A stretch of 64,000 nt of DNA from Hydrolagus affinis. Its lineage: Eukaryota. Made by a program: the position numbers and the translations under genes. How positions within the stretch are numbered: the stretch's first letter is position 1; every line of letters begins with the position of its first letter. The notes below the pieces were generated by a model. That model worked only from the letters and a program-made list of their open reading frames with translations, did no database searches and was not told the DNA's origin. Below are positions 12,601 to 24,842 of this stretch, in pieces. The stretch is taken from positions 1-64,000 of the forward strand of contig JAAILG010000348.1 of NCBI GenBank assembly GCA_012026655.1, read 5' to 3'.

Positions 12601-13959
12601 CCCCCCCAATGGACAAAACTAACACGGCTGAAGTGGTCTGCACACTGAGGCCCAGGCTGACGTTGGCTGCTTCTACCAAGAGACTCCAAGCCTCATTTGT
12701 TCCTTGCTCTGGTCGAATTACCTCAGCCTTGATTAAAACACACTCGCTGTACATACCATTTAGATTCTGACATGCCTGCTTACAATGACCACCCTCAGTT
12801 AACTCATAAAGCGAGTGTTGCATTACTTACATTTTACTGTTGAAAATGATTTTTTAAAAATGATTTTGGCATTATGTCCTTGAATGGTGCCTTATAGTTC
12901 AAGAAAACCAGCTCTGATCTGGTTACCAAATGGTAGATTGTGTATTACTAGATTTGTGCAGAGTCAACGCAGAGTTTATAAATCATGCTACACTGTGTTT
13001 ACTGCATTAATTTGGATACAAATTGCATTGAAACCCTGCTTCAGGGTAACTACTTTGAGGACACACGAATCGATTTCAGCCACAACATTGACCAATTTAG
13101 TGATACGCTTCTTGAGCTATAAATGTGTTTTATTTGAAGAGGTAATTTGGTGAAATATAAACATTGAGGTAAAAAGAATGAATAGAATAGGATTTTTAAT
13201 TTGGGTTCAGCATGATGGTCATATGTAATTCTCTAATGTTTCTATGTTGTTTGACCTACTCTTCTCTTTTACCAATGACTGAATAAGTAATGGGAAGAAT
13301 TTAGTACTACTTTTTTTCCACTCCTGAGATGCTGCTCTTATTAAAGTGTTTTTTTTCTTCCTCACCAGCATAACATAACCTTTTATGTGTTCACCAGAGA
13401 TTTCACGTCTTCAGCATTTTGGTCATTGCAGATCTCAATATGATTTATGGTTCCTATATTAGATGGAGTTGAGGCATATTCAGATCAGTGTTGTAATCTC
13501 CTACTGTATTATCCATGAGTAGGAGTATGTTCTCTGAATTGATAGTGTAGTTTTGCTCCAGTTGCTATTGAATGATGAATTTTACTTTTTCTGGCAGGCT
13601 TGTTCAGGATTAAATTAAACATTTGACAGATTTATTTGAAAAAGGAAAACAAATGGCAATTAATTTATTTCAACCAGAATTAACAGGGTGTGGTTTCAAT
13701 ATTCCGAATGTTTCAGTTGCCTTCGGCACTGCATTAGCTCTGGGGTAAAGTTCACTTTGGGGGGCTTGGCCAATGTCTGGCATTCATCTGGTACATTATT
13801 ATCCCAGAGAAAGTTTACTTCATGAATGCATGAAATTTCAGCCCGGCAGATTTTAGTGTTTGGAATGTAAAAATAAAAGAACATGGGATATTCAAAATGA
13901 AGAAAAATACATCACATTCAATCAATCACTCGCTCACTCACTCAGTCAGCAAGCTTCAG

Positions 13960-14200
13960 TTCTCCCTTTTGTTTCGCAACATGAACACTTCTTTAACCCT
14001 TCATCTCCTGCCCTCTACCCCATTTTCTCCTTTGTCTTCCTTGCCCTGCCTCCCCTCTGTTAATCCTCAAAAGCCTCTCCCTCCCAAAATGCCCCAGTTC
14101 TGATGAAGGGTCGTTGACCCAAAAAGTTGACTCACTTTTCCTTTCTCCATAGATGCTGCCTGACCTGCTGAGTGTTCCTAGAGACTTCTGTTTTTGTGTC
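13960..14200 (+). mobile_element. Penelope-like element terminal fragment with hammerhead-ribozyme relic
   Basis: cagttCTGATGAagggtc-gtt-gaccc-aaaaagttgact followed by ctccatagatgctgcctgacctgctgagtgtt; homologous to the copies at 17852 and 37962. Confidence 0.7.
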
Positions 14201-14949
14201 AGTTTTACAGGCTTTGACAATCCTTCTCTGTGAGAGCTCCAGTGCTTAGGGGACATTTGGGCTATTGTGTTTCATAAATTGCTTGGTCAGTTACCAGCCC
14301 ATTTAACACAACAGCATTTCACACATTCAGAACCCAAAAGACTAATCGACAGAAAGTCTCAGGGGAACAGTAATCCACTTAATGCATTGATTAGAATATT
14401 TCATCGTACCTGAAGAATCCCTTCTAAAAAATTTGGGTGTTGCCTGGATCACAAATCTCATTATGTTAACAGAATTCTTAAAGCCTATGCACGAATAAAG
14501 AATATGTCAGGATAGGATCTTCCTTCTGTCTCTTAGTATTCTGCATAAATCTCATAGCAGTAATAAATAAACTCAATTCAGAAAGCATTGTACATAATGC
14601 ATTCAATTATTCAATTTGTACACAATATAGTAAAATTTAAAATATTCTTAAAGCAATGGTTCTTAATGGTTGTGGAATAATGCATTCATGGAATACACTT
14701 TCAATTGACTCTTTATAGCTGTCCAATGGGGGAAAAGCACGTAAGTGGATATATTTGACAACCTTATACAAGAGTTCCAGGAAAGGGCTGACTACTATTT
14801 GTATATTGATTTATAAATATCCTGCTGCACAATCCGTGTGTGTTAATGACATCTTATGCCAGATAAAGGGTGTGTTTTTTTTATTAAACAAGGCTCACGG
14901 TGGCTAAGTGCTACAGTATCGGGGGGTGGGGTCTATTTGATGATAAGAT

Positions 14950-15085
14950 ACTAATAAACCTTGCACTTTCTATAACTCCTTTCATATTGGAGGACATCTC
15001 AGTGCTTCACAGGACGACAACAACAACAACAAGATTACAATTATAGAGCGCCGTTCATGTCGGGAGGACGTCCCAAGGCGCTGGC
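14950..15085 (-). mobile_element. Adjacent SINE tail and L2 LINE tail fragments
   Basis: ccttgcactttctataactcctttc...catctcagtgcttcacag then caacaacaacaacaagattacaattatagagcgccgttcatgtcgggaggacgtcccaaggcgctg. Confidence 0.75.
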
Positions 15086-15857
15086 ATAATGTATAGAGAC
15101 TGTGTATTTGTAGACGAACAAGTAAATTTTAAGACATTTTTCAGGAAATTAGATGAGCAGGCTGCACCAGTGCTCTACCACTGCTTACAACTGTTGCTTT
15201 GTGATTTTATTATTTCATGTGCTTTGCAAGGTAAAGTCACAGATTTTATCTTCAATGTGGCATCTTTATTTCATCTAAACTTTATTTTGTGCAGTTATTT
15301 CAAACCATAATGATCGCTAGCAATGCTGTTCTGTCCTCCCCCACCCCCCAAAAATCTGATGCCCACCCAAAAGTTTACTTCTACTTTTGCATTGGATAAC
15401 TTATTGTCCGAGAATTCTGATTCTTGTTTTTGTTTGTTGATGGATTTGGACTCTTCACTCTACAGGGAGTCAAGGGACCGATGATTTCCAAACTCTGAGT
15501 ATTCCCTCTTTCCAACCTCCTTGAGTTTCTTTATAAATCATTCACATAACAAAACTTGCCCTGAGGGCAATCTCACACCAGTGGGACCACCTACATCTGA
15601 CTTTAATTTGCACCATAAACAAATGACTAATACACATAAAAGCTATAAATACATTTAACATTTACCAACTGCAGCTTTGGAAAGCACAGGTGGCATTTTG
15701 TTTTATTCTGACACCAACCTATTAATGTCTGGTGAGATCCTGGAACATGGAGACAGGGGAAAAAAGGCAAAATTGAACTGGGCAAGAAAAGCACCCATGA
15801 ACTAAACTATGACACTTTTGAGCTTTCCTTTGCTATGTATGGCTTTCAAATAACAAC

Positions 15858-15982
15858 AACAGCAACTTGCAACTCCCACAAAATATGCAGTCAATTTACT
15901 TTACAGTACATTCTTTGATGCGATTTTTTGATGTCTCAAAGACACAAGGCTCTATATCAAATGCAAGAATGATTATTATTGA
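15858..15982 (+). mobile_element. SINE 3' fragment
   Basis: cccacaaaatatgcagtcaatttactttacagtac...tatatcaaatgcaagaatgattattatt. Confidence 0.75.
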
Positions 15983-17774
15983 TATATAGTATATAGTGGC
16001 TTTTATTTTGGGAGGACATTCCAAGACGCTGGTCAAAGAGGGGTTTGAACCTGAGTTGCATTGGCAGCAGAGAGGACGGTTAGTTGCAGACATGCTGATA
16101 GCTAAATCTCAATTGTGACAATTGGGCTGTATTTCAATGATCCCATGAACATCACTGACCCCTAGATAAATACTTTTGAGTATTATTGATCAGGCGATTT
16201 CCACTTTACCTAATGCAAAACCAAAGTTGGTGCCATTGATTTACAATTACAGCAAAGCCCTTTGCTTCATCCCGGAGTAATCCAAATCTATCAACCCTTT
16301 TGTGTTTAGCTACTGGATAACAGAATGTGGTGTTTCCAAAACAGATGACAGCAAGTTCTACATTTTCTTTTCATGTTTGATTTATGCCAGCCAATGTTCT
16401 GGTCTGACAGACTGCTGCACTGCTGAGATGAAGTTGTCTGCACTAAATTTCAATTGGAACCTAGATTACCTCAATCTGAATGGAAATTGTAAAACAGTTG
16501 CCATTGTATTGCTGTTTGCATATCGATTTTTTTTGTAGAAAAAATATTGATGCTCCTCAAGCTGATAACTTTGCTGGGGAATAGAACACCTTCTGGTTTC
16601 AAACATCCACCATCAGCATCAATCACTCCCAGAACAGGAGTGCTATCCGCAGAGAAATACTCCCGTCACCCTGACTATCTCCCAACAATGAACTTTAACT
16701 TCAATACCTAACATCAATAACCAGAATATATCCAACTCCTTGCTTTTGTTCTCTCTCATAATTGCTTTCCTACCCAATTTAATTCGGAATTACCTAAGCA
16801 GACTGTTTCCCTCGAGAGAGTGAGTGTCCATTTCATTCCAGACACAGGAATTTGCGTAAGTGCAACATTGAAACTTTCAGTCTGGTTTAGACCAACACCT
16901 ACCCACACACACTGGTTTTGGAAAACACAAAACTTGCTTACTGTGAAAAATGGGGCTGAAACGAATGCCCATTCTTCCAGTAGCTTTTGCATTCATCTAT
17001 GTCACGTATTTGTCCATGTACAGAATTAAATGTGATTTCCAAGCTAAGGAGCTGAATATTTATAACTGTAGAAAGCTCGCAGCTATTATGGAGTGGAGGG
17101 AGATGACAGCAGGACAGTCTATCTTACCAGATGGTTATTGACTTGGTCTTCTTAGTACTAAAGATAACATACAATTTGTCCACTCTCTGTCCAGTTCTAT
17201 CTATAGTTGGCAGCAATGATTCAGTAGGTACTTCAGAAGTTAATTGTCACAAACAAGGAAAATGTCACATTCGATGCCATGCACTAGATGACTGTTGAAG
17301 ACATGAAATAATGGGCCAAGTGCACTCCCTTGCTTTGTGAGGTGTTGTCAGGAGAAGACGAGCATCCATTTATCATATCCGTAATTTACATTCTCAGAGG
17401 AACTCAATTATCCTGTTCAACAGCTTGCCCGATATGACAAAACCCTGACCCTTCAATCGGTCTGAGAAGCCATACTTTATCAAAAGCTGCAGAACTGTAG
17501 AAGGTCACTGCTCCAGCTTCATGTGGAGCAGCAAAAGAAGATGCTTTCTTGTCTCACAGTGATACACTCTTAAGAAATGGCCAATGAATTTATATGGGCT
17601 TCTGTTCCAAAAGCTCTTCCCTTAAACCAGAATCACAAGATCATAGAATATTAAAGCACAGAAGCAGGCCTTTTGGCAAGTGAAGTCTACACAGATGATT
17701 TTCTCCACACAAGCCAATTAGTATAATCCCACTCTCTCCCCCCCTCCTTTTAAATAGTCTGAAACAATGACTGT

Positions 17775-17842
17775 CTGATGCCTTGGGACGTCCTCCTGAC
17801 GTGAAAGGCTCTATACAAGTGCAATGTTGTTGTGGTTGTTGC
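17775..17842 (+). mobile_element. L2 LINE 3' tail
   Basis: gccttgggacgtcctcctgacgtgaaaggctctatacaagtgcaatgttgttgtggttgttg. Confidence 0.8.
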
Positions 17843-17851
17843 TGGAAATTT

Positions 17852-18190
17852 GAAACAAAAGCAGAAGTCACTGGGAACACTCAGCAGATCATCTATGGAG
17901 AAAAGAAAGTGAGTCAACATTTTGTGTCCATGGACCCTTCATTAGAACTGGGCCATGTTGGGAAGGAGAGGCTTTTAAGGACTAATGGAGATGGGAGGAA
18001 GCAAGGCAAGGAAGATAAAGGAGAAAATGGGGTAGAGGACCTGAGATGATGGGTTAAAGTGGTGTTAATGATGTGCAACAAATGGGGGTGGGTTGCACCA
18101 AAACAGGAGAGAAGAGGTGTTAATAATGCGAAACAAAGTGGGGATGAGGGGTTTGCAACCAAACAAGCAGGCCAGAGAGAGAAAAAAGGT
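17852..18190 (-). mobile_element. Penelope-like element terminal fragment (second copy, inverted relative to 13960-14200)
   Basis: The reverse complement aligns with 13984-14200 over more than 200 bp; it contains cagttCTAATGAagggtccatggacacaaaatgttgact. Confidence 0.75.
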
Positions 18191-18409
18191 GTGTCTGGGA
18201 TCCAGATCACAGAAGACCATTACCTCACTATTAATATAGTAATACAAAAGTGCACAATATGGTAGCTTGGCTTATTAAAAATCAGTTGAGTACCTCTTAT
18301 TTAATGGTTTCCTTGTACTTGTTGTATCTTCATTCCTTCCATTTGGAATAGTGCCTCATTATGTCATTAGAAGGTCCGAAAGCAGTTCACAAAATTCACC
18401 GCAAAGTAC

Positions 18410-18700
18410 AGTATAACAACAACAGTGCCCTCCACGCCGGACGGCGTAAGTATATTTGTAGGGAAACACAGGAGCCAGTTTGCAGACAGCAGTGTCCAAC
18501 AAACAGCCGTATAAGTCTACGCCTATTTTTTCTTAATTTGCTTGTTGACCAGGACTCCGAGAGAAACTCCCTTCACTTTACGAATAGGAGGAACATAAGG
18601 AAATGGGAACAGGCATTTAGCCAATTGAGCCGGTTCCACCAATTTACTGGATCTTGGCCAGTCTTTCAATCTTAAAGCCCCATCTTTTTGCCATTTCAAG
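18410..18700 (-). mobile_element. Deu-type SINE fragment followed by CR1 3' end fragment
   Basis: gggaaacacaggagccagtttgcagacagcagtgtccaacaaacagcc...ccaggactccgagagaaactccc (SINE body), then aggaacataaggaaatgggaacaggcatttagccaattgagcc (CR1 3' end). Confidence 0.55.
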
Positions 18701-19559
18701 TCATGAAGTGAATGATCAATCTCTGTGGGTTAGCGTCCAACCCATTTTGTACCAAAATAACCTGAAATCATGTAGAGGGTAAATGCTTTACCCTCTTATG
18801 TCTCTCAGAGTTGTGATGTCTTGCTGTGAACAATAATCCTGTGCTAAACAGCTGCTGTACAATTGCTATCAGACTGACATGCTGTGAGAAGAAATTAACT
18901 GCCCTTGTCAACACCTATTCCTGTCGGGCAGTCTCCCTTCAGAGTGTGTTATTGGCTTCATTGATGCATGTTGATTGACTGCATATCATATATTGTGTAA
19001 AAAAAATTGTTGGAAATTCTTGCTTTTGTTTTTACTGTTCTTTATTTACCATCCAGGTCAGGTGGAAGAGCAGTGTGGATTGGGAACCAAAGGAAACCCT
19101 GCAGTGAAGGGGAACAAAAGGCTCCGTTAGGGCAAGGATTTAGGAGAGCCAGATTGATTGATTAGGGGATTGGATTGAGTTGCTGCAAAGATAATAATAG
19201 GAATTCTAGCTCCCAAAATGCAGTCAGACTGATATGTTGTGAGAACAGTTATCACATGATGCATCCAAATTTCACTTCACTGAGAAAGATTGTTGCTAAC
19301 CATCATTTACCAAGTCTCTGGGGTCAATTATTTAACTGGGCGCCATAAATACTTGAAAATAAACGTCAACTGATAGGTTTATTTGGGATCATTCCCCCAA
19401 TCTCGTGAGAGCTAAAGCTTCCTGCTCTTCTCCTTGCTCCACTTTCTCTTCTGAAGCGGCTAATACATTACTGTTGATTTCCCACACCTCCCTCAGCGTA
19501 AGCCATCCTCTTCTATAGTCTACACTATACTAGAGACTGTAAAAAAAGCTTCCCAGAAA

Positions 19560-19627
19560 ACAACAACAGAAACAAAATTACATTTGTATAGCACCTTTCA
19601 CGTCGGAAGGACATCCCAAGGCGCTGA
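19560..19627 (-). mobile_element. L2 LINE 3' tail
   Basis: caacaacagaaacaaaattacatttgtatagcacctttcacgtcggaaggacatcccaaggcgctg. Confidence 0.8.
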
Positions 19628-19989
19628 AACTCTCCATCTCAAAAGGTGCACACCTCCTGAACTAAGAATAACATTTTTGAGTCGGTCCATTTTAACGTTG
19701 AATAATAAATGGACTTTATTAGAATTGCAGCAGTTTCTATTTACAAAATTTCCATTCTTCGCATCAATAATAACTGAGTCTTAACTTATCGCTTGTGAGA
19801 TATTTGGTCAGCCCATTTGCGGAAATAAAAAAAGTGTCATGTTCCTCAGTTCATAATAATAACCATTGCATTTTGTATCCGCATCTTATTCTGACTAAAT
19901 ATATTTTTTATATTTTACTTTACAGATATATTTCTTTATTTGTAGAGTCGCATCAGTGTCTTATACGCAGTCATGAAGCAATTTTTTTT

Positions 19990-20236
19990 ATCTGTAGGAG
20001 TTGTTGGCCAGGATATCAGAAAAATTTCACTCCTCTTTTCGAATAGTGCCATCTAACTGAACAGGCACATTCGAGAATCCAGTTTAACAATGCAGTGGCC
20101 CCCAGCATTAAATTGGAATGTTAGACTATGACTGCTGGATTATGAGCTGGATTATGAGCTCAATGTCCCAATGTGGGGCTTGAACTCACAACTTTTGCAC
20201 TCCGAGGTGACGGTGCTCCCAGCTGAGCCAGGCTGA
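19990..20236 (-). mobile_element. Deu-domain tRNA-SINE (SacSINE1-like), 5' part
   Basis: The reverse strand reads tcagcctggctcagctgggagcaccgtcacctcggagtgcaaaagttgtgagttcaagccccac (tRNA head), followed by a body shared with 28481-28850. Confidence 0.65.
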
Positions 20237-20699
20237 TGCTATGTTTATTTGTAGAGTATACATTCAAAACTATCGACAAACATTCCTACTATAGAAAGAT
20301 TGTGCTGAATCTTTCCAAACATCTTGCCTATTCCCACATTGGATGATTTGATTGTATTTGGGATGTTTCATTTGAACGAAGACAACAAAGAAATTTCCCT
20401 GGGAATTCTTGACATACACTTGTCAACTGTGATATAAAAGCATACTCCAAAGCTGTGAGTCGCATTGCATCTTCCTCTGGAGAAAGGTGTTAGCCTTGTT
20501 AGTTGAAAAAGGTTGCCTTCCTGAAATGTGTATTTGAGATGATGTTCTCATTCTGTTACTTTACTCACCCTCTTTAGGTCACCTAGGCAATATTTCCCAG
20601 CCTCTTTTGAAACCATTTGTGAGCAATTATAGAACTGCATTGTGTCGCATATCGTTCCGAGCCATCCCAGTGGAGTGGTGCAAAACTACACCTAATCCA

Positions 20700-21200
20700 A
20701 TGGGAACGTTCTGACTAGTGAGTTAATTGATAGAAGTGCTGATGTGCCTCTGCAAAGGTAGAATGGTGAAAACACAGCATTCGTGTTGCAGGGGACTCAA
20801 GTCTGGTTCTGAGATCTGCTAAAGATAAAGAGATGCAGAGATTTAACTGAGATCTGGAATTCCTGGCCGTGTGGCAACATACAACGAAAACCTGTCTTGA
20901 ACTCTTACCAGTCTGCAGCACAGCATGCCAATCATCAATGTTTGGTTGCAGGAAGACGGCCACAATAAATACCATAGTGTCTGTGGTGGTATCTAGCAGT
21001 TTTATACTTGTTATAACCTGGTTAGATATAAGGAGTTCTGTAATATCCTGAGGCTTTTTTGTGAGCATTGAATCTACTCGGTTTACTGTTTGGAGAGATT
21101 GCAGAGCATTAAACAATTGTACATCAAGCATTTGTTTGATATGAATTTGATATTCGACCCCATAGTGTTTGGGAAGGTTGTTTGCAGGCAGCAACTGAAA
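20700..21200 (-). mobile_element. Possible ancient LINE ORF2 (endonuclease C-terminus/linker) remnant
   Basis: The 159-aa ORF contains NRVDSMLTKKPQDI...LLDTTTDTMV, loosely like the N.LDLVLT...SDH..V end of LINE APE domains; very degenerate. Confidence 0.3.
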
Positions 21201-23249
21201 ACTATGACCCTGGCCTGTAGTTCCTGAGTATGAGCCTCCAGATGCTGTATCTAGTTGATATGACTAGTAGTGATGCTACCAGAGGCACAGAAAAACTATC
21301 AATTTAGGTGCAATGTGGCCCTTCTCCAAGTACCGTTATGCACCATGAGATTGTTCTGAATTAAATTGATAGATGCCACAGTCGAGCAAAATTTGTGTGT
21401 GGTGCTTTAATCTGTTTGACTGTTAATGCTTCGCTTTCACCGGGCTATCCTATTTTGGCACCAGAACAAAGAACATTCTCATTGTGCCCAGGAGTACAAT
21501 ATCAGCAGGTGATGAATGCAATTTACATAGATAACCAGGTTCCACTTCAAGGGAAGTGACATGATGGTGCTAATTGGGCCGCACCATAGTGATGGTGTAT
21601 GAAAAGACTTAAGACAGAAGACTGGAGGGTGAATGTGTGCCCTTCTGTTGGAGGCACACACCGCCATGTTTGAATGAGATAAGAATATCTGGAAGTGTCA
21701 TTAGAAGCATATTCTCCAGGAAAATACGCAGAATAATGGATGTTACATGGTAAATTAAAGAGAATTATTCCTCCCCGATTTGCTTCTGGAGCACAATGTG
21801 TCCAGTGTTACAGCGAAAAGTGCTTATACAAGTTCCAAACTAATTCGGGGGTGAAATCAAATGGATCAAAAGGCCTTCCTCAGCAAAACCTCTTTCTGAT
21901 CTACACAGTACAGTACAAGTCGTGCATCTTGCAATGCCAGTTACTCTAATTTGAAATACGCAAGGCCACTTTGCACTTCTTCGTCATTCCCAAAATTGTT
22001 TTAAGCCTAGTCTAAAGGAGAAACTATGAGTAGGCTTAACCACACGATGGCCATCTGATGCCAATGATGAAATAATGCAAAATCATATTCAGAGTAACTG
22101 TATTTTGAGAGTATTTGAAGATTGAAAATAATTGGATATTGACTGAAACTTTAAGCACGATATTCACAGATTCATTTCTCATTTCACATTGTTCCATTTA
22201 TTTAACTTCTTTAAAAATTAAATTAAATCTCTTAAGTCCCTCAGCTAAGTGATTAAGTTTAAAGCAGGTCAATTTCAGATCTACCCAGTTAATAACTTTA
22301 ATAGGGGTTAACATAAAATGTTCAGCATCATAGTTAATGCTAGGCATGAGGAAGCATGTGTTAATTAGTTTAAACTGTTTGGTGATCAAAGTAACACAAC
22401 TAATGGTATGTTGTTAAAAATCATTAAGATGTGTAAAATGTAATTTAAAACCTAAGTATCAGAATTACTACAGTATGGATCTTTATTGAACAAACATCAG
22501 AATCTTCCTTCATTGATGAATCAAACATTTACCGATACATCAGGATCTTTCGATTTGTGACACACCGTTCTTTGTTATCCCACTTATCTTACAATTTGTT
22601 TAACGAAGAAATGAAATTGGGTACTTCACTGTTGCACACAGATCTCAGTTTGTTTTGCTCAAACAGTTTTTCCCTTGGCACTTGCCCGGTTTGTTAGAAG
22701 AAATTCCAGGGACAAGATTGGGAGAAAATTATTTATTCGAAGGTTCCTAGGGCTTGGAATTTATTGCAACAGGTGGCGGCTGGGGATGGATCAATCAAAA
22801 TATTCAAAGGGGAACTGGATACAATCTGGGTATGAAACATCTTAGAGGATATGGGATGAAAGCTGGGAAATGGGATCAATTTTAAAAACATTTTTTTTGT
22901 AATGCTAATAGCAGTGGCATTGACTTTATCGGCCACATGACAATCTCTTTTACTGTAATTGTCTAGTGTTTCTATACGGTTACTTAAAGTTAGTTCCATA
23001 GGAAGACGTGACACCCAAATTTAAACTTAGTCTTTCCCTTAAGATTTGTTGTTTTAAAACTTAATGTCACATGGAATTTGGAAAATTCTCAAACACAATC
23101 TTAATTTGGTTACCATGTCTTTTCAAGAAAATTGAAAAGTTTTTTAAAACTGAATTTAAGGATTTTTGCACATTTTCTACGCAATCTCAAACTTTAAGGG
23201 AAAATAGTCAAATGAGCTTAGAAGAGGTGGAATTTGGGCCCTCAGTGCA

Positions 23250-23312
23250 ACAACAAATAACAACAAAATCACATTTATCGAGTGCCTTTCATGTCGGGAG
23301 GATGTCCCAGTG
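23250..23312 (-). mobile_element. L2 LINE 3' tail
   Basis: caacaaataacaacaaaatcacatttatcgagtgcctttcatgtcgggaggatgtccc. Confidence 0.8.
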
Positions 23313-24158
23313 CAAGTAAAGGAACTTAAATTTCTCATGCACTGAAATGTATTGACTTTGAAGTTGTGAGCTGGAATGGCACATTGGGGGAAAATCTCTT
23401 TAGACTTTGGAATTTCTGCTGAAAGACATTTCTCACGGCAGGATGGAAGTGAAAGTGAGTCACAATCAGCAGTTCTCTTGTGCATTTTGGCAAATGTTAG
23501 CAAATGTTTCAAAGCAATGTTGGCAGAGCCCTGGTTGCAGGTCTTTTATTGAATAATGAATGGTATGTGGTATGTAGAAACACAACTGAGACCATGAACC
23601 CAAAGTAGGACAAGTAATAAAATAAAAACTTGAAAAATACTAATCAGCATCGTGCCTTTGAATCAACTTACTTCTGATGCTTCATTAGCATTTTTAGCAT
23701 ATTAATAAAAAATAATTAGCACTTCTATAATTAATAATATTTCAGACTTCATGCAGCCAAAAAATAAACATTCTAAAGAGCCAACACTGACAGTGTTAGA
23801 AGTCTGTAGATTTCCATTGAATGGAAACAAGCCACTTGACCCAACTGATACATGACAGTGTTTATACACCACATGAGCCTCTACCCCTCCCAATTCCCAC
23901 TTCCATATTCCTTCTACATCTATGTCGCAATTTATTTGAGTTTTAATTAACTTCAGTCTCAAGTGAAACTACATTGTCTGTAGCATGCATTATCTAGACT
24001 GCATCATTCTATGTGAAAGAGATTACATCCGTAATTCATAAATAATAACCCATGGGCTTCTTAATTGAGACTTGATGAATGGAGGTATTAGAATGGTTCT
24101 ATGTAATTTTTGTGCTATGTAATTTTACATTGGTGGACTCCACGTTTACACATCTAGT

Positions 24159-24480
24159 GGAGCTCCTGTAGCTCAGTGGTTGGAGCACTCATCTTACAAG
24201 CGTGAGACCTGTGTTCCAATCCAGGCAGGTCAGGGCGAAACCTTGGGTAAGTTTTCTTACTCCACACGCCTAATAATAATCCATCAAAAAAAACAATAAT
24301 AAAAATTGGTCATTTTCTATCCACGATTGTTTGTGGGGACGCTGCTGTGCGCAATTGGCTGCCGCGTTTCGCCCACAAATATACAGTCAATTAACTTTAC
24401 AGTATATTCTGTGTAGCGCTTTGAGACGTTGATAAGATGTGAAAAGCGCTTTATCAAATGCAAGAATTATTATTATTATA
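24159..24480 (+). mobile_element. Full-length tRNA-derived SINE (short subfamily)
   Basis: ggagctcctgtagctcagtggttggagcactcatcttacaagcgtgagacctgtgttccaatcc head (box A/B, TAC anticodon-like loop); CpG-retaining body; tail gcgctttgagacgtt...gtgaaaagcgctttatcaaatgcaagaattattattatt. Confidence 0.93.
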
Positions 24481-24702
24481 GTTTACAGTGAATGGATTTC
24501 CTAGGGTTTCTTACCCTGTCATTTTAAATGAGCAGCAGATAACTGCCCTTATATGTATTAAGGTTAGGATTTTCACACATCACTTTCAAAAAGTTGTCGG
24601 ATATTTGTGCATTCAAAAGGTGTGAAAGTGCTGATGTCCTTTTTTGAATCTGTAAGTGCATTTCTTTTGATATGTGCTAACAATTCTTATTAAATACACA
24701 TA

Positions 24703-24842
24703 TGCTGTGCACAATTGGCTGCCGTGTTTTGCCCACAAAATATACAGCCAATTCACTTTACAGAATATTCTGCGAAGCGCATTGAGACATCTCGAAGAAA
24801 TGATAAGGCGCTACATTAAATATAAGATTATTATTTTTATTA
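24703..24842 (+). mobile_element. 5'-truncated copy of the same SINE
   Basis: tgctgtgcacaattggctgccgtgttttgcccacaaaatatacag...gataaggcgctacattaaatataagattatt. Confidence 0.88.

Noticed and set aside
19057-19130. Strong + strand acceptor (tttatttaccatccAG) followed by a short open frame
   Set aside because: The frames checked end in early stops, there is no convincing donor and the peptide is unrecognised
24159-24232. tRNA-Val(TAC)-like sequences (also 2746, 38501, 51167)
   Set aside because: They are SINE heads: there is no proper acceptor stem and each continues into the SINE body and tail
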